Source of the DNA: Candidatus Omnitrophota bacterium
Lineage (GTDB): Bacteria; Omnitrophota; Gorgyraeia; Gygaellales; Profunditerraquicolaceae
DNA length: 56,000 nucleotides
NCBI GenBank assembly: GCA_003598135.1
Contig: QZKA01000004.1
Span: forward strand, 1 to 56,000
Reading direction: 5' to 3'
Shown: positions 21,184-29,396 of the stretch, piece by piece
Layout of the letters: the number at the start of each line of letters is the position of its first letter
How positions within the stretch are numbered: position 1 is the first letter of the stretch
Made by a program: the position numbers and the translations under genes
Notes under the pieces: model-generated
The model's input: only the letters and a program-made list of their open reading frames with translations
Told to the model about the DNA's origin: nothing
Databases searched by the model: none

Positions 21184-22565
21184 GCACCCATTACCATCTG
21201 ATTGGCATCGGAGGAATCGGGATGAGCGGTATTGCCAGGCTTCTATTCTGTGGCCGATGCAACGTTACCGGTTCAGACGCCAAACAAAGCAAGATTACCG
21301 AGGAGCTCAATGCCCTTGGGATCAAGGTGTATATAGGTCATGAGGCTTCATATGTCCGTGGTGCCGATTACGTGGTGTATTCGTCCGCGATAAAGGCGGA
21401 TAATCCCGAGATCGAGGAAGCGCGCAAAAGGCGGATCCCGTTATTGAAGAGGGCAGAGGCACTGGCGCAGCTTATGGCGGATAAGAGGGTAGTGACCGTA
21501 ACCGGAAGCCACGGCAAGACTACTACTACGTCTATGATCGCCTACCTTATGCTTGAGGCAGGTTTGTTTCCGACGATTGCAGTCGGCGGTATCTTAAAGA
21601 ATATCGATACAAACGCCTGCCCTGGCAAGGGTGATTTTTTTGTGGCTGAGGCGGATGAATCAGATGGTTCTTTTCTTTTTTACAGGCCGCGCTATTCGAT
21701 AATTACCAACATAGATTACGAGCATTTAGATTTTTACGGAAACTTTGAAAATGAATTAGCGGCATTCAGGGAGTTCATTGAGCGCACCGAAGAAGAAGGG
21801 TGTCTTATATGCGGTGGCGATGATAAGCACCTGAAGAAGCTAGTAGAGAATTCCCGACGCCAGCATATTTTTTTTGGCCTCAACGAAAAAACAGGCATAC
21901 ATGCCCGCAATATCAGTATTACCGGCCTTTCTTCGGAATTTGATTGTTTCTTGAACGATACCCTCATTGGGCACTTTAGACTTTCCTTGGGCGGAGCGCA
22001 CAATATCTCTAACGCGCTCAGCGTTATTGCCCTGGGAATGGAATTAAAAATAGATATCGGTACGATACAGAAGGCGTTGTTCAATTACCAGGGTTCAGGC
22101 AGGCGGCTCGAGGTAAAGTTCTACGAAGACAATATGCGCCTGATAGACGATTACGCCCACCATCCCACAGAAATCAAAGCGACCCTTGAGGCAGTGGCGC
22201 ATTTGAACGCCAAGAGAAAGATAGTTATTTTTCAGCCCCACCGTTATTCGCGCACAAAGCTGTTACTTGAGTTGTTTGGAAGGTGTTTTGCTGCTGCGGA
22301 TTATTTGATTATTACCGATATCTATGCGGCCAGCGAGACGCCGATAGAAGGCATAAGCGGTAAGAAGGTCTATGAAACAATAAAAGAATTTGAGCCTGCC
22401 AAAGAAGCGTATTTTTTAAAGAAAGAAGAGATTGCCCGGCACGTTCTGAAAATAGCAAGGGCAGGAGACGTTATTGTTACGCTCGGCGCAGGAGATATTT
22501 CTAAGGTGTCTGATGAACTGGTACAAGGGCTTAGGGCAAAGCTGCAAGTGCCGCGAACCGCTTAA
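21180..22565 (+). CDS. murC: UDP-MurNAc:L-Ala ligase
   Basis: GIGGIGMSG, GSHGKTTTT, EADESDGSF, DDYAHHPTE, FQPHRYSRT. Confidence 0.97.
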   Translation: MSTHYHLIGIGGIGMSGIARLLFCGRCNVTGSDAKQSKITEELNALGIKVYIGHEASYVRGADYVVYSSAIKADNPEIEEARKRRIPLLKRAEALAQLMADKRVVTVTGSHGKTTTTSMIAYLMLEAGLFPTIAVGGILKNIDTNACPGKGDFFVAEADESDGSFLFYRPRYSIITNIDYEHLDFYGNFENELAAFREFIERTEEEGCLICGGDDKHLKKLVENSRRQHIFFGLNEKTGIHARNISITGLSSEFDCFLNDTLIGHFRLSLGGAHNISNALSVIALGMELKIDIGTIQKALFNYQGSGRRLEVKFYEDNMRLIDDYAHHPTEIKATLEAVAHLNAKRKIVIFQPHRYSRTKLLLELFGRCFAAADYLIITDIYAASETPIEGISGKKVYETIKEFEPAKEAYFLKKEEIARHVLKIARAGDVIVTLGAGDISKVSDELVQGLRAKLQVPRTA

Positions 22566-23394
22566 ACGGCATACTACACTTAAGATTGGCGGTCCTGCGC
22601 GTTTTTTCATTGAGCCGCGCGATAGGGATCAGCTGCAGGAGTTGCTGCGCCTGCTTCGCCGCAATAAAATTTCTTTTCACGTATTAGGTATGGGCAGCAA
22701 TGTCCTTGTACGTGACAGGGGCTTTAACGGCGCGGTGGTGCGTTTACATGCACCGGGTTTTAAAAAAATCACTTTCGGCAGCAATTATGTGATCGCAGGC
22801 TCAGGCGTATCCCTGGTCCGTTTGTTGCTTGGTTGTTATCAAGAAGGTTTTTCCGGCCTTGAATTTCTTACGGGGATACCCGGCACAACAGGGGGGGCGC
22901 TGGTGATGAATGCCGGGATAAAAGAAAAGTGTATTGCCGACGCATTAGAATCGGTGACGGTAATGGATAAAAATGGTTCAATAAAGACCATTGTCAACAA
23001 AGATGCGCGTTTTTCCTACCGAAGTTCTTGTCTTAAAAAGTTTGTGGTGCTTGACGGACGCTTCAGGGTGCGCAGGAGGCCGCGCCTGCTGATCAAAAAG
23101 AGGATGGATGAACTGCGCGCATGGCGCCATAGGAACCAGGATTATTCTTTTCCTTCGGCAGGATGCGTTTTCAAGAATCCGGTCAATGATTCTGCGGGCC
23201 GGCTCATAGATGCATGCGGACTCAAGGGCGTAATAATAGGCGGGGCTGCAGTTTCTTTGCTGCACGCCAATTTTATCGTCAACCGGGGCAAGGCCTCTGC
23301 GGCAGATGTCTTAAAATTAATGTTATTGATGAAAACACAGGTAAAAAGGCGGTTCAGTATTACCTTAACGCCTGAGATCGAAATATGGAGATAA
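22513..23394 (+). CDS. murB: UDP-N-acetylenolpyruvoylglucosamine reductase
   Basis: HTTLKIGG, GSNVL, GIPGTTGGALVMNAG, SAGCVFKNP, HANFIVN; start trimmed to ATG 22513. Confidence 0.95.
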   Translation: MNWYKGLGQSCKCREPLKRHTTLKIGGPARFFIEPRDRDQLQELLRLLRRNKISFHVLGMGSNVLVRDRGFNGAVVRLHAPGFKKITFGSNYVIAGSGVSLVRLLLGCYQEGFSGLEFLTGIPGTTGGALVMNAGIKEKCIADALESVTVMDKNGSIKTIVNKDARFSYRSSCLKKFVVLDGRFRVRRRPRLLIKKRMDELRAWRHRNQDYSFPSAGCVFKNPVNDSAGRLIDACGLKGVIIGGAAVSLLHANFIVNRGKASAADVLKLMLLMKTQVKRRFSITLTPEIEIWR

Positions 23395-24362
23395 GAGGCG
23401 CACAACGCACAGCGCACAACGCACAGCGCCATAATTTCGGCAGGATTGGCGTCTTGATGGGCGGACCTTCCGCTGAAAGGGAGATATCGCTTAAATCAGG
23501 CAAGGCAGTGCATGCCGCACTTAAAGACTTGGGGCTCGACGCGGTAGGTATTGATATAGAGACGGCCGACGAGAAAAAAGCCCTTGCGTTATTGCGCTCC
23601 CAAAATATTTCCTGCGCGTTTATTGCGCTACACGGCTGTTTCGGCGAAGACGGGACAATACAGAAGATCCTTGAGAAACTTAAAATTCCCTATACCGGTT
23701 CCGGGGTTTCTGCAAGTATGTGCGCCATGGACAAGGTCAAATCGCGGCAGATATTTCAAAGTTGCGGTTTGCATGTACCGCGGTATGAGGTATTTAAGAA
23801 GGACGTGGTGATGCAGGGCAGGGGCGCGGTCCACAGCAGCCTTCTTGTGCCCTTGGTGGTGAAGCCTGCCTCCTGCGGCTCAAGCATCGGCCTTTCTATT
23901 ATTAAAGACGAGATACTGCTAGAAAAAGCCCTGCAGGATGGGTTTGCGTTTGACGAAACGGTGATTGTCGAAGAATACATTAGAGGCCGTGAGCTCACCG
24001 TCGGGGTTTTGAATGAAACAGCGCTGCCGGTCATTGAGATAGTGCCCAAGAAGGTTTTTTTCGATTACGAAGCAAAATACCAGGCGGGCATGACGGATTA
24101 TATTGTGCCTGCCGAACTCGATGAAGGTATTGCTTCCCGAGTGCGCAAGGATGCGCTTTCAGCACACCAGTCCCTGGGGTGTTTCGGCTGTTCACGCGCG
24201 GACATTATCTTAAGATGCGACAATACGCCTTTTATCCTTGAAATAAACACGATCCCTGGTTTTACATCGACAAGTCTTTTACCTAAAGCAGCGAAGTCCA
24301 TAGGTATTGAATTCGGTCAGCTTTGCCTTGAGTTGTTGAGGTTGGCATATGAAAAGAAATAA
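23385..24362 (+). CDS. ddl: D-alanine--D-alanine ligase
   Basis: GGPSAEREISL, LHGxxGEDG, GSSIG, DYEAKY, EINTIPG. Confidence 0.96.
   Translation: MEIRGAQRTAHNAQRHNFGRIGVLMGGPSAEREISLKSGKAVHAALKDLGLDAVGIDIETADEKKALALLRSQNISCAFIALHGCFGEDGTIQKILEKLKIPYTGSGVSASMCAMDKVKSRQIFQSCGLHVPRYEVFKKDVVMQGRGAVHSSLLVPLVVKPASCGSSIGLSIIKDEILLEKALQDGFAFDETVIVEEYIRGRELTVGVLNETALPVIEIVPKKVFFDYEAKYQAGMTDYIVPAELDEGIASRVRKDALSAHQSLGCFGCSRADIILRCDNTPFILEINTIPGFTSTSLLPKAAKSIGIEFGQLCLELLRLAYEKK
23398..23429 (+). repeat. Heptamer tandem repeat (GCGCACA/ACGCACA) inside the ddl 5' end
   Basis: GCGCACAACGCACA x2 + GCGC, read as AQRTAHNAQR. Confidence 0.8.
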
Positions 24363-25089
24363 GCCCAGAGAGTTTTTTTTATTTTTTCCGGCAGCGGTTT
24401 TACTCGCTGGTTCTTTTTTTTTAGCCCGGTTCGTTTTTTCTGGGCTTACCGCCTCAGGGAGCTTTACAGTTACTGATATCCTTGCCAAAGAAGACAACGC
24501 TGCCCAGTTTGAGTATTTAAAGGGCCGTAGCATTTTTGGCATTGACATTTCCCGGGAATCAGCGTATCTTGCTAAGGTATACCCGCAGTATCGTACAATA
24601 GAAATCTATAAGATGTTCCCCGGGACGCTGTTCATTGATTTTCTCCGGCGCACGCCTATTGCGGCGATAAAGCTGCCACAGGGTTATTACTGTGTTGACG
24701 AAAACCTCATTGTCTTTGAGGCGCCGCTGCAGTTAGAAAAAGAAAATCTCCCCGTTATTACCGGCCTTGAGAAAAGGATGTCTGCGTTGGCGGTTGGCCA
24801 TAGGTATGAATCTTTGGAATTGAAGTTGGCAGTGGCTATTATTCAGGAGATTAAAAACAGCGAGTCCTTAAGGAAAATTACCATAAAAGAAATAGACGTT
24901 TCGCAATCCGGGTATGTTTCTCTTCTGTCTCCGGACGTCCCGGAAGTAAGGTTTAGCCGTGGTTTTATCGGAGACAAAATCAAGATTTTTGCCGGATTGT
25001 GCAATCAAACCACAGGGGAACTTCAGTCCATCGACTACATTGACTTGAGGTTTCAGGAGCCCGTACTCAAATATAAAAATGCCCGCTAG
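24349..25089 (+). CDS. ftsQ: Cell division protein FtsQ/DivIB (divergent)
   Basis: N-terminal TM, POTRA-like region, C-terminal YIDLRF; lies between ddl and ftsA. Confidence 0.8.
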   Translation: MKRNKPREFFLFFPAAVLLAGSFFLARFVFSGLTASGSFTVTDILAKEDNAAQFEYLKGRSIFGIDISRESAYLAKVYPQYRTIEIYKMFPGTLFIDFLRRTPIAAIKLPQGYYCVDENLIVFEAPLQLEKENLPVITGLEKRMSALAVGHRYESLELKLAVAIIQEIKNSESLRKITIKEIDVSQSGYVSLLSPDVPEVRFSRGFIGDKIKIFAGLCNQTTGELQSIDYIDLRFQEPVLKYKNAR

Positions 25090-26335
25090 TTACATCTGTG
25101 CTCTGGATATCGGTTCAAGTAAAATCGCTGCGTGCCTGGCAAGGGTAAAAGGCCGGCAGGTCATTGATTTATTCCTTGAAGCCGCTCCCTCCAAGGGCGT
25201 ACGCAGGGGCTCTATCATTGATTCGATAGAATTCAGCGAATCAGTCGCGCAGATACTTAAGAAGTTACGGCAGAAGTCAGGGGTCCGTATTAAATATGTG
25301 CATGTCGGATTCACAGGAGAAAATATCATCACCAAGCACAGCCGTTCCATTATCCCTCTTGCGGAGAGAGGCAATAAAGTTATCACGTCCTATGATATCC
25401 AGCGCGCGCACCAGCAGGCCCTCGTACTTGGTTCCAATGTAGAGGAGGAGATTATACATCATTTGCCGTTCAGTTATGCAATCGATTCTAACGGCAATGT
25501 CCCTAATCCCGTCGGTCTTTATAGCCATCGGTTAGAGGCCGATGTGTACTTGGTATGCACAAAACTTTCCTACGTGCAGACCCTCGTGCATGCCGTTAAC
25601 CAGGCTGGTTATGAAATGAAGGACGTTTCCTTTAACGGCCTCTTGGAAAGCAAGGTTGTATTGGGTAAAAATGAACAAAAAGGCCTTTACGTACTTTGTG
25701 ACGTAGGCAGCGATATTACGGAATTGCTCATATTCAATGACGGCGTGCTCAGGCATATCGAGCTTTTTCCGTTCGGCGGTAATGACCTGACCGCTGGATT
25801 GGCAGAGGAACTTAAGATCCCGTTTGAATTGGCAGAGGCCATTAAAAAGTCCCACGGGGTCATCGGTGATACAAGCCTCATGAATCCCGAAAAAGAAATC
25901 TTATTCAAAAAAGAGGACAGGTATGAGCCTATCAAAGAGAAGGTGGTCTGTGAAATCATTACCGCCAAGGCTAAATTGTTTTGCGCAAAGATATATGACA
26001 CCTTACACGTACAGGTCCCTCTATATGAGATTAAGAAACTTTTCGTTACCGGAAGGACCATACTGCAAGACGGCTTTCTTGAACAGGTGGAGAATATTCT
26101 CGGAGTGCAGGTGGCGTTCGGAAAGATCACCGATGCAAAGTTTCTTACCTGGTGCGCTACCCATGAGGCCCTCTCAGGGCAGAAGTACCTCACTTACCTT
26201 GCCTGCCTGGGGTTGTTAAAACAGATTTTACAAGGCGATTCTTTGCCGCAAAGCAAGGCACAGGTCCAGTCTGGGCGCAATCCTTTTTTAAAATCACTGC
26301 ATAAAATCAAAGAGTTATACCAGGAATACTTTTAA
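25079..26335 (+). CDS. ftsA: Cell division protein FtsA (divergent motifs)
   Basis: ALDIGSSKI, GVRRG, 1C domain, GGNDLT, C-terminal amphipathic helix. Confidence 0.9.
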   Translation: MPASYICALDIGSSKIAACLARVKGRQVIDLFLEAAPSKGVRRGSIIDSIEFSESVAQILKKLRQKSGVRIKYVHVGFTGENIITKHSRSIIPLAERGNKVITSYDIQRAHQQALVLGSNVEEEIIHHLPFSYAIDSNGNVPNPVGLYSHRLEADVYLVCTKLSYVQTLVHAVNQAGYEMKDVSFNGLLESKVVLGKNEQKGLYVLCDVGSDITELLIFNDGVLRHIELFPFGGNDLTAGLAEELKIPFELAEAIKKSHGVIGDTSLMNPEKEILFKKEDRYEPIKEKVVCEIITAKAKLFCAKIYDTLHVQVPLYEIKKLFVTGRTILQDGFLEQVENILGVQVAFGKITDAKFLTWCATHEALSGQKYLTYLACLGLLKQILQGDSLPQSKAQVQSGRNPFLKSLHKIKELYQEYF

Positions 26336-26363
26336 TTGAACCTCCATTTTTGTGTTGTATAAT
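26336..26363 (+). promoter_or_regulatory. Putative sigma70 promoter for yggS
   Basis: TTGAAC (26336-26341) - 16 bp - TATAAT (26358-26363). Confidence 0.5.
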
Positions 26364-26380
26364 AATATGTTATCCAAAAT

Positions 26381-27073
26381 ATGGTAAGCGAAAATATTGC
26401 AAAGGTCAAGCAGCGTATTGCCTCGGCGTGTGCAAGGGCAGGTCGAAAACCCGGCGAAATAACCGTTATTGCGGTAAGTAAATACAGGCTCCTGCGGGAG
26501 GTCGAGGAAGTGGCGGAGTCCGGCATTTGCGATATCGGAGAGAACAGGCTTCAAGAAGCGTCGCTCAAACACGCCGCAATTTCCCGCAATTTCGGAAATG
26601 TCAGATGGCACATGGTTGGCCATCTTCAGACCAATAAGGCTAAGCAAGCGGTCAAGATCTTCGACCTGATCCATTCCGTGGATAGCGCTCACCTTGCGCA
26701 GGAAATCGAGATACAGGCATCAAAGATTAATAAGATCCAAAAGATCCTAGTCCAAGTAAATATTTCAAAGGAAAAGACTAAGTCCGGTTTTACGCTCCAA
26801 GACGTAAAAAAGTCTATTAGAATTATAGCCGGATTTAAACACATAGTCGTTAAAGGGCTTATGACAATAGCGCCTATTGTGCAAGCTCCTGAGCAGGCGC
26901 GTCCCTATTTCCGCCTCCTCAGAGAATTATTAAATGAAATCAACTCAATACTCAACACTCAACACTCAATACGGGAACTCTCTATGGGCATGTCTGATGA
27001 CTTTGAAGTAGCTGTTGAAGAGGGCGCAACAATGCTTAGAATCGGTAGGGCGATTTTTGAAGGTTCAGGTTAA
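26381..27073 (+). CDS. yggS: PLP homeostasis protein YggS
   Basis: AVSK, GENRLQE, WHMVGHLQTNK, GLMT, LSMGMSDDF, RIGRAIF. Confidence 0.96.
   Translation: MVSENIAKVKQRIASACARAGRKPGEITVIAVSKYRLLREVEEVAESGICDIGENRLQEASLKHAAISRNFGNVRWHMVGHLQTNKAKQAVKIFDLIHSVDSAHLAQEIEIQASKINKIQKILVQVNISKEKTKSGFTLQDVKKSIRIIAGFKHIVVKGLMTIAPIVQAPEQARPYFRLLRELLNEINSILNTQHSIRELSMGMSDDFEVAVEEGATMLRIGRAIFEGSG
26943..26972 (+). repeat. Heptamer tandem repeat (ACTCAAY x4) inside yggS
   Basis: ACTCAAT ACTCAAC ACTCAAC ACTCAAT AC in the loop preceding LSMGMS. Confidence 0.8.
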
Positions 27074-27386
27074 GACTTAGGTTAAGTAAGGCTAAGGTCA
27101 AGGAGTAAGGTAGCTGGGTTAATGACAAATGCACAAAATCAAAATGACAAATAAAATCTCAAACTCCAAGCATCCTGCCTACCGGCAGGCAGGCAAATCA
27201 CAAATAAGCTCCAATTACCAATGACCAAATCACCAAAAGGGGTGAATTTTGTTCATTGGTCATTTGGGCATTGGGATTTATTTGGGATTTGACATTTGGT
27301 ATTTGTCATTTATTTGTCACTGGTGCTTTGGTATTTGTCATTCACGCACTACACCGTTCGCAATACGCGATACACAATACGATACG
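27062..27386. repeat. Composite intergenic repeat element, copy B
   Basis: TAAGGY tract; AATGACAAAT (27121-27130) / ATTTGTCATT (27333-27342); palindrome at 27174-27193; CAATAC-type tract; collinear with copy A. Confidence 0.85.
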
Positions 27387-27396
27387 AGGTGTGAGT

Positions 27397-28224
27397 TTGC
27401 AGAAGATAGGAATCATCGGATATGGGAACATGGGGGCTGCGATAGGCGAACGGATAAAATCCGTCTACCGCGTGCATGTGTTCGATAAAGACAAAGACAA
27501 AACAAGCGGTCTTACTGATATATACACTTCTGATACTGTTTTGGATGTGCTCAAAAACGTTGATGCCGTGTTCTTGGCGGTAAAACCCCAGGATTTTGAT
27601 TCGGTGCTTGAAGAGATCAGCAATACGGCAGAGGCATTGTTAGTTATTTCTATCGCGGCAGGCATTACCACGCGTTATATAGAGCGCTACCTAAAGAAGG
27701 CCCGGGTCATCAGGGCTATGCCTAATATCGGGGCTAAGATTGCCCAAGCGCAGACCTGCGTCTGCAGAGGTGTTTCTGCTAGTGATAGTGATTTATCATT
27801 CGCCGAAGATTTATTCAAGATGATCGGAAAAACCTGGAGGATTGGCGAGGATATGATGGATGCTGCTACAGCAATTTCCGGCAGCGGCCCAGCCTATATT
27901 TTCTACGACATCGAAAAAGAAAAAATAGAGCCGAACCGCATCACGCAGCAGCAGAAACACAAATACATGGAGTTCCTTAAAGATGCTGCTGTGGGTTTAG
28001 GTTTTAGCGCTGCCGTAGCCGGAGACCTTGCTTCAAGCATTACCCAGACAAGTTTGAACCTTATGCTGATGACGCCTTTTTTGCCTGCCCAGTTGAGAAG
28101 GCAGGTAACTTCTAAGGGTGGTACCACTGAGGCGGCAATACATGTGTTGATGAGCGGCGGGTCGTGGTTAGAGGCGGCAAGGGCCGCTGAAGAGCGCGCA
28201 ACGCAATTATCAAGAAAGGATTAG
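27397..28224 (+). CDS. proC: Pyrroline-5-carboxylate reductase
   Basis: GYGNMG, AVKPQ, ISIAAG, RAMPN, SGSGPAY, VTSKGGTT; start is TTG 27397 (GAGGTG RBS) or GTG 27391. Confidence 0.93.
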   Translation: MQKIGIIGYGNMGAAIGERIKSVYRVHVFDKDKDKTSGLTDIYTSDTVLDVLKNVDAVFLAVKPQDFDSVLEEISNTAEALLVISIAAGITTRYIERYLKKARVIRAMPNIGAKIAQAQTCVCRGVSASDSDLSFAEDLFKMIGKTWRIGEDMMDAATAISGSGPAYIFYDIEKEKIEPNRITQQQKHKYMEFLKDAAVGLGFSAAVAGDLASSITQTSLNLMLMTPFLPAQLRRQVTSKGGTTEAAIHVLMSGGSWLEAARAAEERATQLSRKD

Positions 28225-28229
28225 GCGAT

Positions 28230-29087
28230 ATGGGGCGCATAGGCATTATCGGAGGCAGCGGTCTTTACGATATCGAGGGTTTAAAAGGCGCAAAAAAAAT
28301 TAATGTTACCACGCCGTTCGGGAGGCCTTCAGATGCGTTTGTGATGGGGAGCCTTGAAGGAAGCGAGATAGTATTTCTTCCCAGGCACGGAGTAGGCCAC
28401 CGGATTTCGCCCAGTGAAATCAACTATCGCGCAAACATCTATGGCATGAAAAAACTTGGCGTAGAGCGGATTATTTCAGTGAGTGCCTGCGGTAGCCTTA
28501 AGGAGGAAATAAGGCCTCTTGATTTCGTAATCGTAGACCAGTTTGTCGACCGCACTAACCAGGCACGCCAGATGTCGTTTTTTAAAAACGGAATCGTTGC
28601 CCATCTTGTATTTGCGCACCCTGTATGTGGGGAATTGTCGGCCCTTTTGTATGAGGGCGCGAAACGGCTGCATATTTCTGCGCACAAAGGGGGCACGTAT
28701 ATCAACATGGAGGGCCCTGCCTTTTCGACACTTGCAGAATCCAATCTCTACCGCAGCTGGAACATTGATATTATCGGCATGACCAATATAGCAGAAGCAA
28801 AACTGGCCCGCGAAGCAGAGATATGTTATGCTACACTTGCTGCGGTCACCGACTACGATTGTTGGCATCCTCAGCATGAGAGCGTGACGATTGATATGGT
28901 GATCGAGAGCCTGGGGAAGAATATAAATAATGCCAAGATGATGATTAGGGAGGTAATAAAGAATATCCCTTCGCAGAGACAGTGCGCGTGCAAGGACGCG
29001 CTTAAATATGCGATCGTCACCGACAGGAAGTCTATTCCTGCAAAGGTGAAAAAGGACTTAGGGATTATTATTGGGAAATATTTGTAG
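28230..29087 (+). CDS. mtnP: S-methyl-5'-thioadenosine phosphorylase
   Basis: GIIGGSGLY, RHGxGH, EGPAFST, GMT, TDYDCW. Confidence 0.93.
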   Translation: MGRIGIIGGSGLYDIEGLKGAKKINVTTPFGRPSDAFVMGSLEGSEIVFLPRHGVGHRISPSEINYRANIYGMKKLGVERIISVSACGSLKEEIRPLDFVIVDQFVDRTNQARQMSFFKNGIVAHLVFAHPVCGELSALLYEGAKRLHISAHKGGTYINMEGPAFSTLAESNLYRSWNIDIIGMTNIAEAKLAREAEICYATLAAVTDYDCWHPQHESVTIDMVIESLGKNINNAKMMIREVIKNIPSQRQCACKDALKYAIVTDRKSIPAKVKKDLGIIIGKYL

Positions 29088-29107
29088 GGTTAGCACAATA
29101 AAAACAA

Positions 29108-29376
29108 TAAGGTGTAGGCCTAGGCTAAGGTTCAGTAAGGCTAAGGTCAAGGTTAAGGTTAAGGTAGTAAGGAAAGGTTAATGGTCTAGTTATTGGCGTA
29201 GGGTTATTGGTGTGTGTTCTTTTTTTACACCATCTACCTTACCCACTCACCAGACCAATGACTTAACCCTTACCCAAGAACCAGGCTCGTTATGCGTAGA
29301 GCGTTGTGCGTTTTGCGTAATGCGTTACGCGCCGTACTCCGTACGCATAACGCCGAACGCATATAGCACTCACTAC
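29108..29376. repeat. Composite intergenic repeat region D (TAAGGY tract, imperfect hairpin, heptamer hairpin)
   Basis: TAAGGY runs at 29108-29180; CGTTATGCGTA (29288-29298) / TACGCATAACG (29342-29352) perfect inverted repeat; the same 11-mer occurs at 405-415. Confidence 0.75.
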
Positions 29377-29396
29377 CCTGAGCTCTGTACTAAACT

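Noticed and set aside
27249-27396. ORF 27249-27488 and the proC extension from 27256
   Set aside because: They are translations of the T-rich repeat arm (WDL/FGICH-type low-complexity peptides). The same applies to the short ORFs at 29212 and 45202-45484.
29088-29396. T-box riboswitch upstream of ileS
   Set aside because: No GGTGGNACCGCG T-box sequence or terminator/antiterminator; the region is explained by repeat modules.
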